A program made the position numbers and the translations under genes. A model generated the notes under the pieces. That model worked only from the letters and a program-made list of their open reading frames with translations. It did no database searches and had not been told where the DNA came from. This document shows, one piece after another, positions 1-7,044 of a stretch of 38,046 bases of DNA; the first letter of the stretch is position 1, and each line of letters begins with the position of its first letter. This DNA is from a virus (taxonomy: Duplodnaviria > Caudoviricetes), in the IMG/VR virus record IMGVR_UViG_3300012971_000015, positions 1 through 38,046 of that record, one strand, 5' to 3'.

Positions 1-123
1 AGTCCCGCGAGCGCCACACGCGTCATGGCAAAACCTCGAGCACCGACAGTCGCCCATCGGCATTCCGCCCACAGCGATGCCAGCCCGCCTTGAGAAAGCA
101 ATAGCCAGGATTCGTCGAGCGAA
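1..123. repeat. Direct terminal repeat (left copy); circular-contig overlap
   Basis: Bases 1-123 are identical to 37924-38046; genes read continuously across the junction (stop of 23..469 overlaps the ATG of the SLT gene). Confidence 0.95.
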
Positions 124-469
124 CGCTCGCATCGCGGACATACGTAAAGTGCCGCTCGCCTGGCCAGCGCCGCCAGGCAATCTCATCAGCCTCGTGGATC
201 AATTCGCTCGAGAGGCCCGCGCCTTCGTTGCGAAACAGGGTGCAACACACGCCGGCCTGGCCGTCCCAACGCTTGATGGTGTTGTGCTGCCACGCGAAGA
301 CGGCACGGCCGCAACTGCTCAGCAGCACCACACACTCGCCTGGGCCGAGAAAGTTGGTTACGCGCGCGCGCCACGGCCGCATGTTCTTGAGGCTCGAGTA
401 GTGGCGACGATAGAACGCGAACGCACGCGGGTCGTCACGGCGCACACTCAGCCAGTGACCGTCGATCAC
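23..469 (-). CDS. Mom-like/GNAT-fold putative DNA modification protein
   Basis: RRHYS near N-terminus, FRNEG..LSSELI, and FTYV..SVRSTNPGYCFLKAGW resembling the Mom-type 'TY.D....G..Y.A.GW' motif; lies among DNA methylase genes. Confidence 0.55.
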   Translation of the reverse strand: MIDGHWLSVRRDDPRAFAFYRRHYSSLKNMRPWRARVTNFLGPGECVVLLSSCGRAVFAWQHNTIKRWDGQAGVCCTLFRNEGAGLSSELIHEADEIAWRRWPGERHFTYVRDASVRSTNPGYCFLKAGWHRCGRNADGRLSVLEVLP

Positions 470-723
470 TCGCCCACCTCAAGCTCGTGCTCGTGAACCC
501 AGTCCACAAAACTGACCATGGCCATCACGGCCGGGCTAAGTGCCGACGTCGCGCGCACCGCCCATTGCGCGCCCTTCAGAAAACCTGCCTGGAAGGCGTC
601 CTCGTCGGTTATCGCCTCACCCGCCCGATACAAGTACTTAAACCACTCGCGCTTGGCTTCCTCGGGGCCCTCATGCCGCCAGTCGAAGGACGTGCCGGTG
701 CGCATGCCGTCGGACACGGACAT
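466..723 (-). CDS. Hypothetical protein
   Basis: 85-aa ORF tightly packed in the operon, 4-nt overlap with the downstream gene. Confidence 0.7.
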   Translation of the reverse strand: MSVSDGMRTGTSFDWRHEGPEEAKREWFKYLYRAGEAITDEDAFQAGFLKGAQWAVRATSALSPAVMAMVSFVDWVHEHELEVGE

Positions 724-725
724 AG

Positions 726-947
726 CTACGCGACCGACTCGAGCGACTTGCCAAACAGCGTTTCGAGATCGCTGCGGCTCGGCTCGACGTCCTCACCAGC
801 CAGCCATTTCGCCAGCACGAACTGCAGCGCCGGCAGGACTTGGTCGCGCGGTCTGCGGCGGCGCTGAGCGGCTAGCTCCTGGAGCGCGCGCCAGCCAACC
901 GGGCCGAGGTCGTCTTCGACGATGGCAGGTGGACGGAGGACAGGCAT
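726..947 (-). CDS. Small putative DNA-binding protein (RHH-like), probably leaderless
   Basis: ATG at 947 lies 7 nt after -10-like CACACT; WRALQELAAQRRRRPRDQV helix pattern. Confidence 0.55.
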   Translation of the reverse strand: MPVLRPPAIVEDDLGPVGWRALQELAAQRRRRPRDQVLPALQFVLAKWLAGEDVEPSRSDLETLFGKSLESVA

Positions 948-954
948 AGCGCAC

Positions 955-1012
955 AGTGTGCGCACGCCCGAGTCGCCAATAGACTCGCCAATTTCTTCAC
1001 CAGGTTCGCCAA
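955..1012 (-). promoter_or_regulatory. Heptamer-array promoter P1 (TTGGCGA x3 + CTGGTGA, -10 CACACT)
   Basis: TCGCCAA on + at 973, 985, 1006 and TCACCAG at 997; AGTGTG at 955-960. Confidence 0.7.
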
Positions 1013-1023
1013 TTTTGTGGCGC

Positions 1024-1587
1024 TCAGGCGGTCGCGGGACAGCCCAGCAGGCCCAGCAGACACACCACGCCGTCGAACCTGCCGTCGCTCAGCCAATCGA
1101 GCACGCCAAAGATGAAGATGCCGACCACCACCACCGCGGTGCCGTGAAAGCGCTCGATGATGGTGTCCACGAGGCGATTGGTCAGGCTGTCGTAGTACTG
1201 CGTGATCACAACCGGATCGCCTTCCTCGTCAAAAGCCGTCATGCGCACGCGATACAGATGGTGAATCTCGTCCTGTACCACGTTGAATTGCAGCGGCTCA
1301 GGCACATCGGACGACTTGACCACGTTGTTCTCGGCCGCTATCTCCCACGGTGGTCGGTCATTGGGCTGTGGTGGCCAACGACCGACCAGGTGACGCGTGG
1401 CACGGTCCTGGCGGATGTGATCGAGCGTACGGGGCTGAATTGGCGGCTCGAACTTGCCACAGAGCTCCTCGCGAATCGGTGGCCTGGTAGTGCCCGTGCT
1501 GTACCAGCGTTTCACGGCCTTCCAGTAGCGGATGACCCGAGGAGGTACGTTATCGGGAAATAGCGGCATCTGCTGTTCGACGTCCAC
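1024..1587 (-). CDS. Putative HTH transcription regulator with C-terminal membrane anchor
   Basis: N-terminal RPPIREELC..F...I.PRTL..IR....WPP HTH-like segment; C-terminal hydrophobic AVVVVGIFIFGVLDWL; SD GAGGGGG upstream of GTG. Confidence 0.6.
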   Translation of the reverse strand: MDVEQQMPLFPDNVPPRVIRYWKAVKRWYSTGTTRPPIREELCGKFEPPIQPRTLDHIRQDRATRHLVGRWPPQPNDRPPWEIAAENNVVKSSDVPEPLQFNVVQDEIHHLYRVRMTAFDEEGDPVVITQYYDSLTNRLVDTIIERFHGTAVVVVGIFIFGVLDWLSDGRFDGVVCLLGLLGCPATA

Positions 1588-1679
1588 AAGTCAGCAACCC
1601 CCTCTTCTCTGTGTAGAGCCATGCCTGGTTACTGACTCGTCCCCTAGCCTCGCCAGCCCCGGTCCACACCACGGCCGCC

Positions 1680-1735
1680 ATTATGGAACTGCCGGGTCGC
1701 CAATCCGTTCGCCAATATCTCGCCAATTTTGGCGA
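1680..1735 (-). promoter_or_regulatory. Heptamer-array promoter P2 (TTGGCGA x3 + inverted copy, -10 CATAAT)
   Basis: TCGCCAA at 1697, 1709, 1720; inverted TTGGCGA at 1729; ATTATG at 1680-1685. Confidence 0.7.
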
Positions 1736-1819
1736 GACGAAAAGGGACCGTAGCAAACCCGTAACGTGGGTGTCTATGCATGCCGGCACCCCGTTGTGGA
1801 CCGGGTGTGCACCCGCCGT

Positions 1820-1868
1820 ATCCCTGATATATGCTAGGTGCCAACTAGGTATAAGGGATGCATACTAT
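1820..1868 (+). promoter_or_regulatory. AT-rich promoter/operator region of the Arc-like gene
   Basis: Imperfect palindrome ATCCCT...CTAGGTGCCAACTAG...AGGGAT; TATAAG and TACTAT -10-like boxes. Confidence 0.45.
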
Positions 1869-1876
1869 TGGCGCCA

Positions 1877-2026
1877 TTGGCTGAGACACCGCGCTTCCCG
1901 CTCCGCTTGCCGACCGACCTGCGCAAGCAGCTCGAAGAGATCGCTACGGCTGAGCATCGCACCCTGAGCAACCTGATCCTGTACATCGTGCGCGAGTGGC
2001 TCGCCGGCCGCGGTCGCCGCGCCTGA
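1877..2026 (+). CDS. Arc/ribbon-helix-helix repressor
   Basis: PRFPLRLPTDLRKQLEEIATAEHRTLSNLILYIVREWL is a typical Arc-family signature; TTG start at 1877 (or 1868). Confidence 0.85.
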   Translation: MAETPRFPLRLPTDLRKQLEEIATAEHRTLSNLILYIVREWLAGRGRRA

Positions 2027-2031
2027 AAAAA

Positions 2032-2080
2032 CTGGCGACCAAATTGGCGAGTCCGTTGGCGAGCCGGCTGTGCGCACACT
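2032..2080 (+). promoter_or_regulatory. Heptamer-array promoter P3 (CTGGCGA/TTGGCGA x3, -10 CACACT)
   Basis: Repeats at 2032, 2044, 2056 (12-bp period); CACACT 2075-2080; aligns without gaps to P1. Confidence 0.72.
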
Positions 2081-2086
2081 TAGGGC

Positions 2087-2335
2087 GTGCCGTCATTGCC
2101 CCCGGATGCTCATGAGCAGGTACAGCGCGTGCTGGCGCGTGTGGCGGCCAGGCTCCTAGCCCAGGAGCTCCACCGTCTCGATCTCGATGCGCTCGGGGCC
2201 TCGACCGGGGTGAACGATCACCCGTCGAATGACAGCCTTGATGAGAGCCCGACGGTCGTCGAGGGTCATGGCGCCGGGCGTGTCCCAGTCCGCCGCCGCG
2301 TACGCCGTCCAGGTAACCCTGGCCAAACGCTCTAG
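2087..2335 (+). CDS. Small ORF antisense-overlapping the integrase 3' end; candidate recombination directionality factor
   Basis: GTG 6 nt after the P3 -10 box (leaderless); amphipathic helix EQVQRVLARVAARLLAQEL in the non-overlapping part. Confidence 0.5.
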   Translation: MPSLPPDAHEQVQRVLARVAARLLAQELHRLDLDALGASTGVNDHPSNDSLDESPTVVEGHGAGRVPVRRRVRRPGNPGQTL

Positions 2336-3538
2336 CTCGTCTACGCGGACTCGCGCCTCCTCGAGCTGCCGTCTGTCTTCGGCCAATTTGCGCTTGGCGG
2401 TCGGGACATCGCCGAGATCGTCGAGAGCCTCGATGTGTCGATTGAGCGTTTCCTGGCACTGTTCCACAACTCGCTTTGCTTCCTCGAGCTCCACCGACGT
2501 GCTCGCCGTCCGCTTCTCTTCGGCAAGCGCAAGGACACGGCATGCCTCGACCTTCACCGCCTGGTCGAGCACTTTGCCAGCGATCGCCACCCTATACGAG
2601 CACCTGCGTACCAGACCCGCGCAGCGATAGGTCTCATACCTGCGCTTGCGGGGATATTCGACGCTGGCGCTCAGGTGTCCGCCGCAACTGCCACAGCGCA
2701 GGATCCCGCCCACGTGAGCGAGCAGTCGCGTCGATTTTGGTCCGCGCGGATCATGGCCCCGACGCTGTACGCGTTCCCAGATCTCACGGCTGACAATGGC
2801 CGGATGCGAGTTCTCGTTGACGTACTCGCCATGGCGCAGTTCGCCTAGGACCGTCCGCGACGACAGCAGCTTCATCACGCCGCCTAGCGACCTGACAATG
2901 CCATGCTCGCTGAGAAAATCGCGCACCGTGCGCCATGAGCCGTCGGCCGCGCGCAGTTCGAATGCCTGACGCACGACTGCCGCCTCGTCCTCATCCACGA
3001 CCAGCCGCCGATCCGCGGTCTTCCGATACCCAGGCAATATCGTCGCGGTCGCCGGAGTGCCACGCGCAATCGCCCGCCGCCGCGCCTCATTGGTGCGTTC
3101 CCTCGTGACAAGCCGTTGATACTCGGCCACCGCGCCCAGCAGCGTCGAGCTCAATCGACTGCCTGCCGTATTCGCGCGCACCTCGCCGACGTCGGCGGTG
3201 AGGACGCTGCCGCCCGCGGCTTCGACGCGCTCGACGACCTCGGCCTGGACGCGCAGATTTCGGAACAGGCGATCGAAGTACGCCACGACCACGGTATCCG
3301 CCTGGCGCGCCTCGATGGCTGCCAGTGCAGCGCGCAGTCCCGGTCGACGCTCGATGGGATTACCGGCGGATACGTCCATCTCGCTATGGACGCCGATCAA
3401 TTGCAAGCCATTGGCCTGGCAGGTGCTGACGATGCGATCGCGCTGTTCATCGGGCGAGATGAAGCGGTCACCCTCGCGACCATTGACCTGAGAGACGCGC
3501 ACGATCCCGATGGCGCGCCGCGGAGCAGTGTCGGACAT
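2156..3538 (-). CDS. Large serine recombinase (integrase)
   Basis: N-terminal resolvase domain (IVRVS catalytic Ser, YFDRLFR), recombinase domain (GY..HPAIVSREIWERVQ), zinc ribbon CGSCG..YRC, coiled coil. Confidence 0.95.
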   Translation of the reverse strand: MSDTAPRRAIGIVRVSQVNGREGDRFISPDEQRDRIVSTCQANGLQLIGVHSEMDVSAGNPIERRPGLRAALAAIEARQADTVVVAYFDRLFRNLRVQAEVVERVEAAGGSVLTADVGEVRANTAGSRLSSTLLGAVAEYQRLVTRERTNEARRRAIARGTPATATILPGYRKTADRRLVVDEDEAAVVRQAFELRAADGSWRTVRDFLSEHGIVRSLGGVMKLLSSRTVLGELRHGEYVNENSHPAIVSREIWERVQRRGHDPRGPKSTRLLAHVGGILRCGSCGGHLSASVEYPRKRRYETYRCAGLVRRCSYRVAIAGKVLDQAVKVEACRVLALAEEKRTASTSVELEEAKRVVEQCQETLNRHIEALDDLGDVPTAKRKLAEDRRQLEEARVRVDELERLARVTWTAYAAADWDTPGAMTLDDRRALIKAVIRRVIVHPGRGPERIEIETVELLG

Positions 3539-3584
3539 ACGCCTATTATCGCACCCCGAGAATACCGAGTAAAGAATTAGGCGT
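3539..3584. other. Candidate attP site, containing the leaderless integrase promoter
   Basis: 46-bp span with inverted arms ACGCCTA/TAGGCGT directly upstream of the integrase ATG; minus strand has TGcGATAAT 7 nt before the ATG. Confidence 0.45.
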
Positions 3585-3708
3585 GAAATTCCCGAGCGTA
3601 GGCGCGCGGTCGCAGCACATCGCGCTGCAGGTAGCCCATGTGGAACGCCGTCGGCACGTCGATCACCTCACGCAGCGGCGACCCGGGATAATCCCGGCGG
3701 ACGGTCAT
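3577..3708 (-). CDS. Possible 43-aa ORF between repressor and integrase
   Basis: ATG...TAA (MTVRRDYPGSPLREVIDVPTAF...) fills the intergenic gap; no homology recognised. Confidence 0.3.
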   Translation of the reverse strand: MTVRRDYPGSPLREVIDVPTAFHMGYLQRDVLRPRAYAREFHA

Positions 3709-3736
3709 ACAGTGGTTTGTGACATGTGCCGGCCGT

Positions 3737-3955
3737 CTAGCCATCGGTGGTCAGCTCGAGCGGCTGCACACCGAGCGCTAGAGCGAGCGCGCGGACGGTG
3801 CTCGGGCGTGGCATATTGGTCTCGGCTTCGAGCCGAATGACCGTCACTTCGCTGAGCCGCGCGCGCCTGGCCAGGTCGCGCTGGCTGAGCGCTCGTCTCA
3901 GACGTAGCAAGCGCAGACGCGCGCCGAAGCCTTGTTCGAGTGCATGTGTTGGCAT
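3737..3955 (-). CDS. XRE-family HTH repressor (no S24 peptidase domain), leaderless
   Basis: RLRLLRLRRALSQRDLARRARLSEVTVIRLE...PRPSTVRALALALGV; TATGAT -10 box 6 nt before the ATG. Confidence 0.9.
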   Translation of the reverse strand: MPTHALEQGFGARLRLLRLRRALSQRDLARRARLSEVTVIRLEAETNMPRPSTVRALALALGVQPLELTTDG

Positions 3956-3961
3956 GCCCAC

Positions 3962-3997
3962 ATCATACTTGCATTGTTAGCTGAATGCTAGTACTAT
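3962..3997. promoter_or_regulatory. Divergent promoters with operator
   Basis: Rightward TTGCAT(3969-74)-17 bp-TACTAT(3992-97); leftward TATGAT (3962-67); inverted repeat GCATT-N8-AATGC (3971-3988). Confidence 0.75.
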
Positions 3998-4010
3998 GCT
4001 GGCGTGGCTC

Positions 4011-4090
4011 AGACAAGCGGACCCGCCCGAAGCTGTCACTTCCGAGCGGGCCCTGAGGCCAACACCCCAGGTGACGAGGTGCCGACCCCA
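4011..4090 (-). ncRNA. Putative cis-antisense two-hairpin sRNA (cassette D)
   Basis: 15-bp and ~14-bp stems that pair fully only on the minus strand (G-U wobbles); TACGCT -10 at 4101-4096. Confidence 0.6.
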
Positions 4091-4371
4091 TGACTAGCGT
4101 AACCAATGCGTCCAGCGCGTATTTCGCCTGGAAGCACTTTCATCCACGCGCGACGGAAGATCCCAGCGCGGTCTGGGCGGCTGCCTGGCAGGCTGGCGGC
4201 CGTGCGGCGCTCCTGAACTCAAGCCGCATCGTCGAGCTCGTGCCGATGCTGCGCGAGCTGCTGGAGTTGCTGCAGGACGGTCAGGTCGAGGCTTCCGTCC
4301 GCGCCAGCGACCGCCGCGCCGGCCCGGAGTTCTTCAGTGAGCCCGAGTACCAGTACGAGGTGCAGTGGTGA
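4090..4371 (+). CDS. Hypothetical protein, first gene of the rightward operon
   Basis: 93-aa ORF with GAGGTG SD, downstream of a consensus promoter. Confidence 0.75.
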   Translation: MTSVTNASSAYFAWKHFHPRATEDPSAVWAAAWQAGGRAALLNSSRIVELVPMLRELLELLQDGQVEASVRASDRRAGPEFFSEPEYQYEVQW

Positions 4372-4568
4372 GCGTCGAATTCGCGACCCGCGCCGATCTC
4401 GAGGAGCTCGACCGACGCTTCGAGGCGCGTCTGCGGCTCGCTGAGCACATCGATGAGCGCTTCGACCGCATCGAACGTCGACTGCGCCAGTTGCGGAGTT
4501 GGGGCGCGACGGCGTTCGTGATCTTGTTGATGCTGGAAGCCTTTATCGCGTGGAGAATCGGGCTGTGA
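4368..4568 (+). CDS. Small coiled-coil protein with C-terminal TM helix
   Basis: FATRADLEEL...ERFDRIERRL heptads followed by AFVILLMLEAFIAW; GTGA overlap. Confidence 0.7.
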   Translation: MSVEFATRADLEELDRRFEARLRLAEHIDERFDRIERRLRQLRSWGATAFVILLMLEAFIAWRIGL

Positions 4569-4744
4569 GCAGCGGCAACGGGATAGAGATCTACTGGCTA
4601 ACAGCGATCGCTGGCTCACTGCTGCTGTTCATCTTCCGAGAGGAACTGAAGGCTGCGCCACGTTCACAGCGCGTAGCCGTGGCCACTCTCGTATGCATCG
4701 TGTTTGTCGCGATCCCCATGGCTTTGACTGGAAGACTGAAATGA
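4565..4744 (+). CDS. Small two-TM membrane protein
   Basis: GTGA and ATGA overlaps at both ends; two hydrophobic segments. Confidence 0.6.
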   Translation: MSSGNGIEIYWLTAIAGSLLLFIFREELKAAPRSQRVAVATLVCIVFVAIPMALTGRLK

Positions 4745-5112
4745 GCATGACTAACGGCCGCGTGCCGACGGAGCAGGTCGAGGGTACCGTCGAAGCCACC
4801 AATGCCAAGGGTCTCAAGATCGCCGGCGCCTGGGTCAACGTCTCCCAATTTCGTCCTGTCGAACTGCCCGATGTCGGCGCGCACGTCCGCGTCGACGTCG
4901 ACTCCAAAGGTTTCATCAAGGCGCTCGAGGTCCTCGACGCTCATCCACACCTCAGCAAAACCGGAGGTGTGGATGACCGCATCACGCGGCTGGCGGTGCT
5001 CAAGGCCGCGGCCAACTTCGTCGGCCTGATGGGCCAGTCTCGCGAGGATGTCCGATCCGAGCACGTCCTGCCACTGGCCGACAAGTGGCTGGCCTGGATA
5101 AGTGGGCAATGA
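4741..5112 (+). CDS. Hypothetical protein, possible OB-fold ssDNA-binding protein
   Basis: Beta-rich N-terminal half (VEGTVEATNAKGLKIAGAWVNVS..GAHVRVDVD) plus C-terminal RITRLAVLKAA helix. Confidence 0.6.
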   Translation: MSMTNGRVPTEQVEGTVEATNAKGLKIAGAWVNVSQFRPVELPDVGAHVRVDVDSKGFIKALEVLDAHPHLSKTGGVDDRITRLAVLKAAANFVGLMGQSREDVRSEHVLPLADKWLAWISGQ

Positions 5113-5312
5113 TCGAATTCGAGCGCGAATGGCACGGCAGCGGGGTGCCGTTTCAGGTGCGCACGAGTGACATCGTCAGCTTCTGGCCGCTTGACGCTGA
5201 GCGGACCATTGTCGAGGTGCGCCAGATGGGCAGGGTCGTGGCGCTGGCCCCATACGCGCGGATCAAGGGTTTGATGCAGGCGCTGGGCTCACTGATCGAG
5301 GGCGATGCTTAG
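5109..5312 (+). CDS. Hypothetical protein
   Basis: ATGA overlap, 67 aa. Confidence 0.65.
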   Translation: MIEFEREWHGSGVPFQVRTSDIVSFWPLDAERTIVEVRQMGRVVALAPYARIKGLMQALGSLIEGDA

Positions 5313-5314
5313 CA

Positions 5315-5563
5315 ATGACATTCCCGTCTGAGGCAGATTTCCGTTACCACCGCGTGGGGAATGTGCTCCATGTCGTCACGAAGAGCCTCACCAACCACGA
5401 AATGCGAAACATCCTGATCGGCTTCTGGCTGACCCTGGATGAAGATGATCGACGCGACCATATCGCGGAACTCCAGCATTACCTTGAGCCAGGTAGCCGC
5501 CCGCCCGGCGTGGCCATAGAAATGGCTCAAGCGATCATCGCTGAGCGAAACAAGACTTCTTGA
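5315..5563 (+). CDS. Hypothetical protein
   Basis: 82-aa ORF, tight packing. Confidence 0.65.
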   Translation: MTFPSEADFRYHRVGNVLHVVTKSLTNHEMRNILIGFWLTLDEDDRRDHIAELQHYLEPGSRPPGVAIEMAQAIIAERNKTS

Positions 5564-6021
5564 TAGAGGTAATTGTGGATAGATCTACCAAGATCCTGTT
5601 GCCACCGGGAGTCAAACGTGCCCAGGGTCGTGACCGCTGGCCGACCCCTGACACACTGAAGCTCAAGCACGGCGCTCTGCTCAAGCATGAAGGTGAGTGG
5701 GTGCCGATCGCCTCAACGAGCGGCAAGGTCTATCGCGGGCCGTATGGCCTGTGTGTGATCGTCTCGCTGGATGATCGTGGCGAGCCGTGGGGCGTGATGC
5801 TCCACATGAGCCTGAGCCTGCCGAAAGGCTATCCCGATTGGGATCTGATCTATGCCGTGACGCGCGCCGTGTTTGGTGAGGAGATCGACACCATGATGCC
5901 CATCCCCCGCGAGGAAGCGTTCATCCATGGAGCCGTCGAGGAGCAGCGCCGCGGCAAAGCACGCCAGGTCTTCCACGTGGTCGAAATGCCGCAGGCGTGG
6001 CAGTCCGAAGACCCTTGGTAG
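5560..6021 (+). CDS. Conserved phage protein (HxSxS...P.W motif)
   Basis: LHMSLSLPKGYPDWDLIYAVTRAVFG...FH resembles a common uncharacterised phage family; TTGA overlap. Confidence 0.65.
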   Translation: MIEVIVDRSTKILLPPGVKRAQGRDRWPTPDTLKLKHGALLKHEGEWVPIASTSGKVYRGPYGLCVIVSLDDRGEPWGVMLHMSLSLPKGYPDWDLIYAVTRAVFGEEIDTMMPIPREEAFIHGAVEEQRRGKARQVFHVVEMPQAWQSEDPW

Positions 6022-6027
6022 ACCTAA

Positions 6028-6216
6028 GTGCCCGTTATGACGAGCAAAACGATCACGCTAAGCCACGAGGAGTACGACCGATTCGCTGCTGCGATGAACG
6101 AACTGCGCGCCGAGAACGAGCGGCTGCGGGCAGTGCTCCGGACATTGGCCGATGCGAATGACTGGCACCCCGTTGACATGCAGAACTTCGCTCGCGAAAC
6201 GCTAAAGGACCTCTAG
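6028..6216 (+). CDS. Small coiled-coil protein
   Basis: NELRAENERLRAVL heptad; start at 6028 or 6037. Confidence 0.6.
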   Translation: MPVMTSKTITLSHEEYDRFAAAMNELRAENERLRAVLRTLADANDWHPVDMQNFARETLKDL

Positions 6217-6434
6217 AGCACGACCTTGACAGGGTCGTGCGGCCTGTACCTGCGGCTTACCTCGCGACCCTGGGCATTGCGCAGCGTGACCAGCACCACC
6301 CTGCGCTCGATGGTCACCGTCTCGAGCCGAACACCCATCACTGTCGCTTCCGAGGGCATTCTGTCCCGGCGGATCGCCGTCAACACGACATCACCGGGTT
6401 CGAGCTTCACCGCGAGCTTTAAGCCGTCAGTCAC
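6213..6434 (-). CDS. Small beta-rich hypothetical protein (SH3/KOW-like)
   Basis: GTG at 6434, 73 aa (KLAVKLEPGDVVL...), convergent overlap with 6028..6216. Confidence 0.5.
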   Translation of the reverse strand: MTDGLKLAVKLEPGDVVLTAIRRDRMPSEATVMGVRLETVTIERRVVLVTLRNAQGREVSRRYRPHDPVKVVL

Positions 6435-6469
6435 CAGGTTGGTATAGCCCAGTAGGATTCTGTATAGTT

Positions 6470-6532
6470 GGCGCCCCGGCCGTTGAGGGGCCGGGGCACC
6501 TTGCACAACGAAGGGGTTATCTTCGCCATGCA
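6470..6532 (-). ncRNA. Putative cis-antisense two-hairpin sRNA (cassette C)
   Basis: Two 12-bp stems, perfect on the minus strand with 3+1 G-U pairs; TGcGAAGAT -10-like box at 6547-6539. Confidence 0.6.
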
Positions 6533-6995
6533 CTTTCAATCTTCGCACGCCGCGAAGCCGCGCCTGTTCACCATCGCCCGCGTAGTCGTTACGGGCCTGG
6601 CCCTGGCCATGAGCCTGTTGCTCGCGCTCCACGGGCCTGCCGCGGCGCAGGGCCTGACCCGCTACGAGACCTGCGCGGTCGGCTGGCATCCGCCGACCCC
6701 CGGCGAACTCCACTACGCCAACATCATCCTGATGTACAGCTCGGTCAACTACCAGCCGGACATCCAGGCCGACGCTGCCGTGTGCAGCGAGCTCATCAGC
6801 TACGGTTGGTTTCCTGTCAGCAAGTACGGCGAGTGGGAACGCCGCAATGGCGGTCCCTTCGTGCCGGTCTGTAGTTATGACTGGCCCTGGGGCGATTCCG
6901 TGACCGCCTACGCCTTCCCCGGCTACGAGACCATGGTCGCCCGGGAATGCCTTTCAACCCGCTTCAGTGGCGGCAGCGGACCGTACTGGTTCTAG
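6528..6995 (+). CDS. Secreted/exported protein (moron-like)
   Basis: Signal peptide ending ..GPAAAQ; 4 Cys, aromatic-rich; own -10 TATAGT (6463-68) and terminator. Confidence 0.75.
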   Translation: MHFQSSHAAKPRLFTIARVVVTGLALAMSLLLALHGPAAAQGLTRYETCAVGWHPPTPGELHYANIILMYSSVNYQPDIQADAAVCSELISYGWFPVSKYGEWERRNGGPFVPVCSYDWPWGDSVTAYAFPGYETMVARECLSTRFSGGSGPYWF

Positions 6996-7010
6996 AAACC
7001 GACTAGACAG

Positions 7011-7040
7011 AGCCCCCGCCTCTACCGGGGGCTTTTTGTT
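7011..7040 (+). terminator. Rho-independent terminator between convergent genes
   Basis: AGCCCCCG-CCTCTAC-CGGGGGCT followed by TTTTGTT. Confidence 0.85.
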
Positions 7041-7044
7041 GCCT

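Noticed and set aside
4005-4015. TGGCTCAGACA shared with 16969-16979
   Set aside because: Single 11-bp match in different orientation relative to the genes; compatible with chance
6213-6434. Intein/Hint fragment suggested by LAVKLEPGDVV
   Set aside because: Too short, with no N-terminal Cys/Ser block or C-terminal His-Asn
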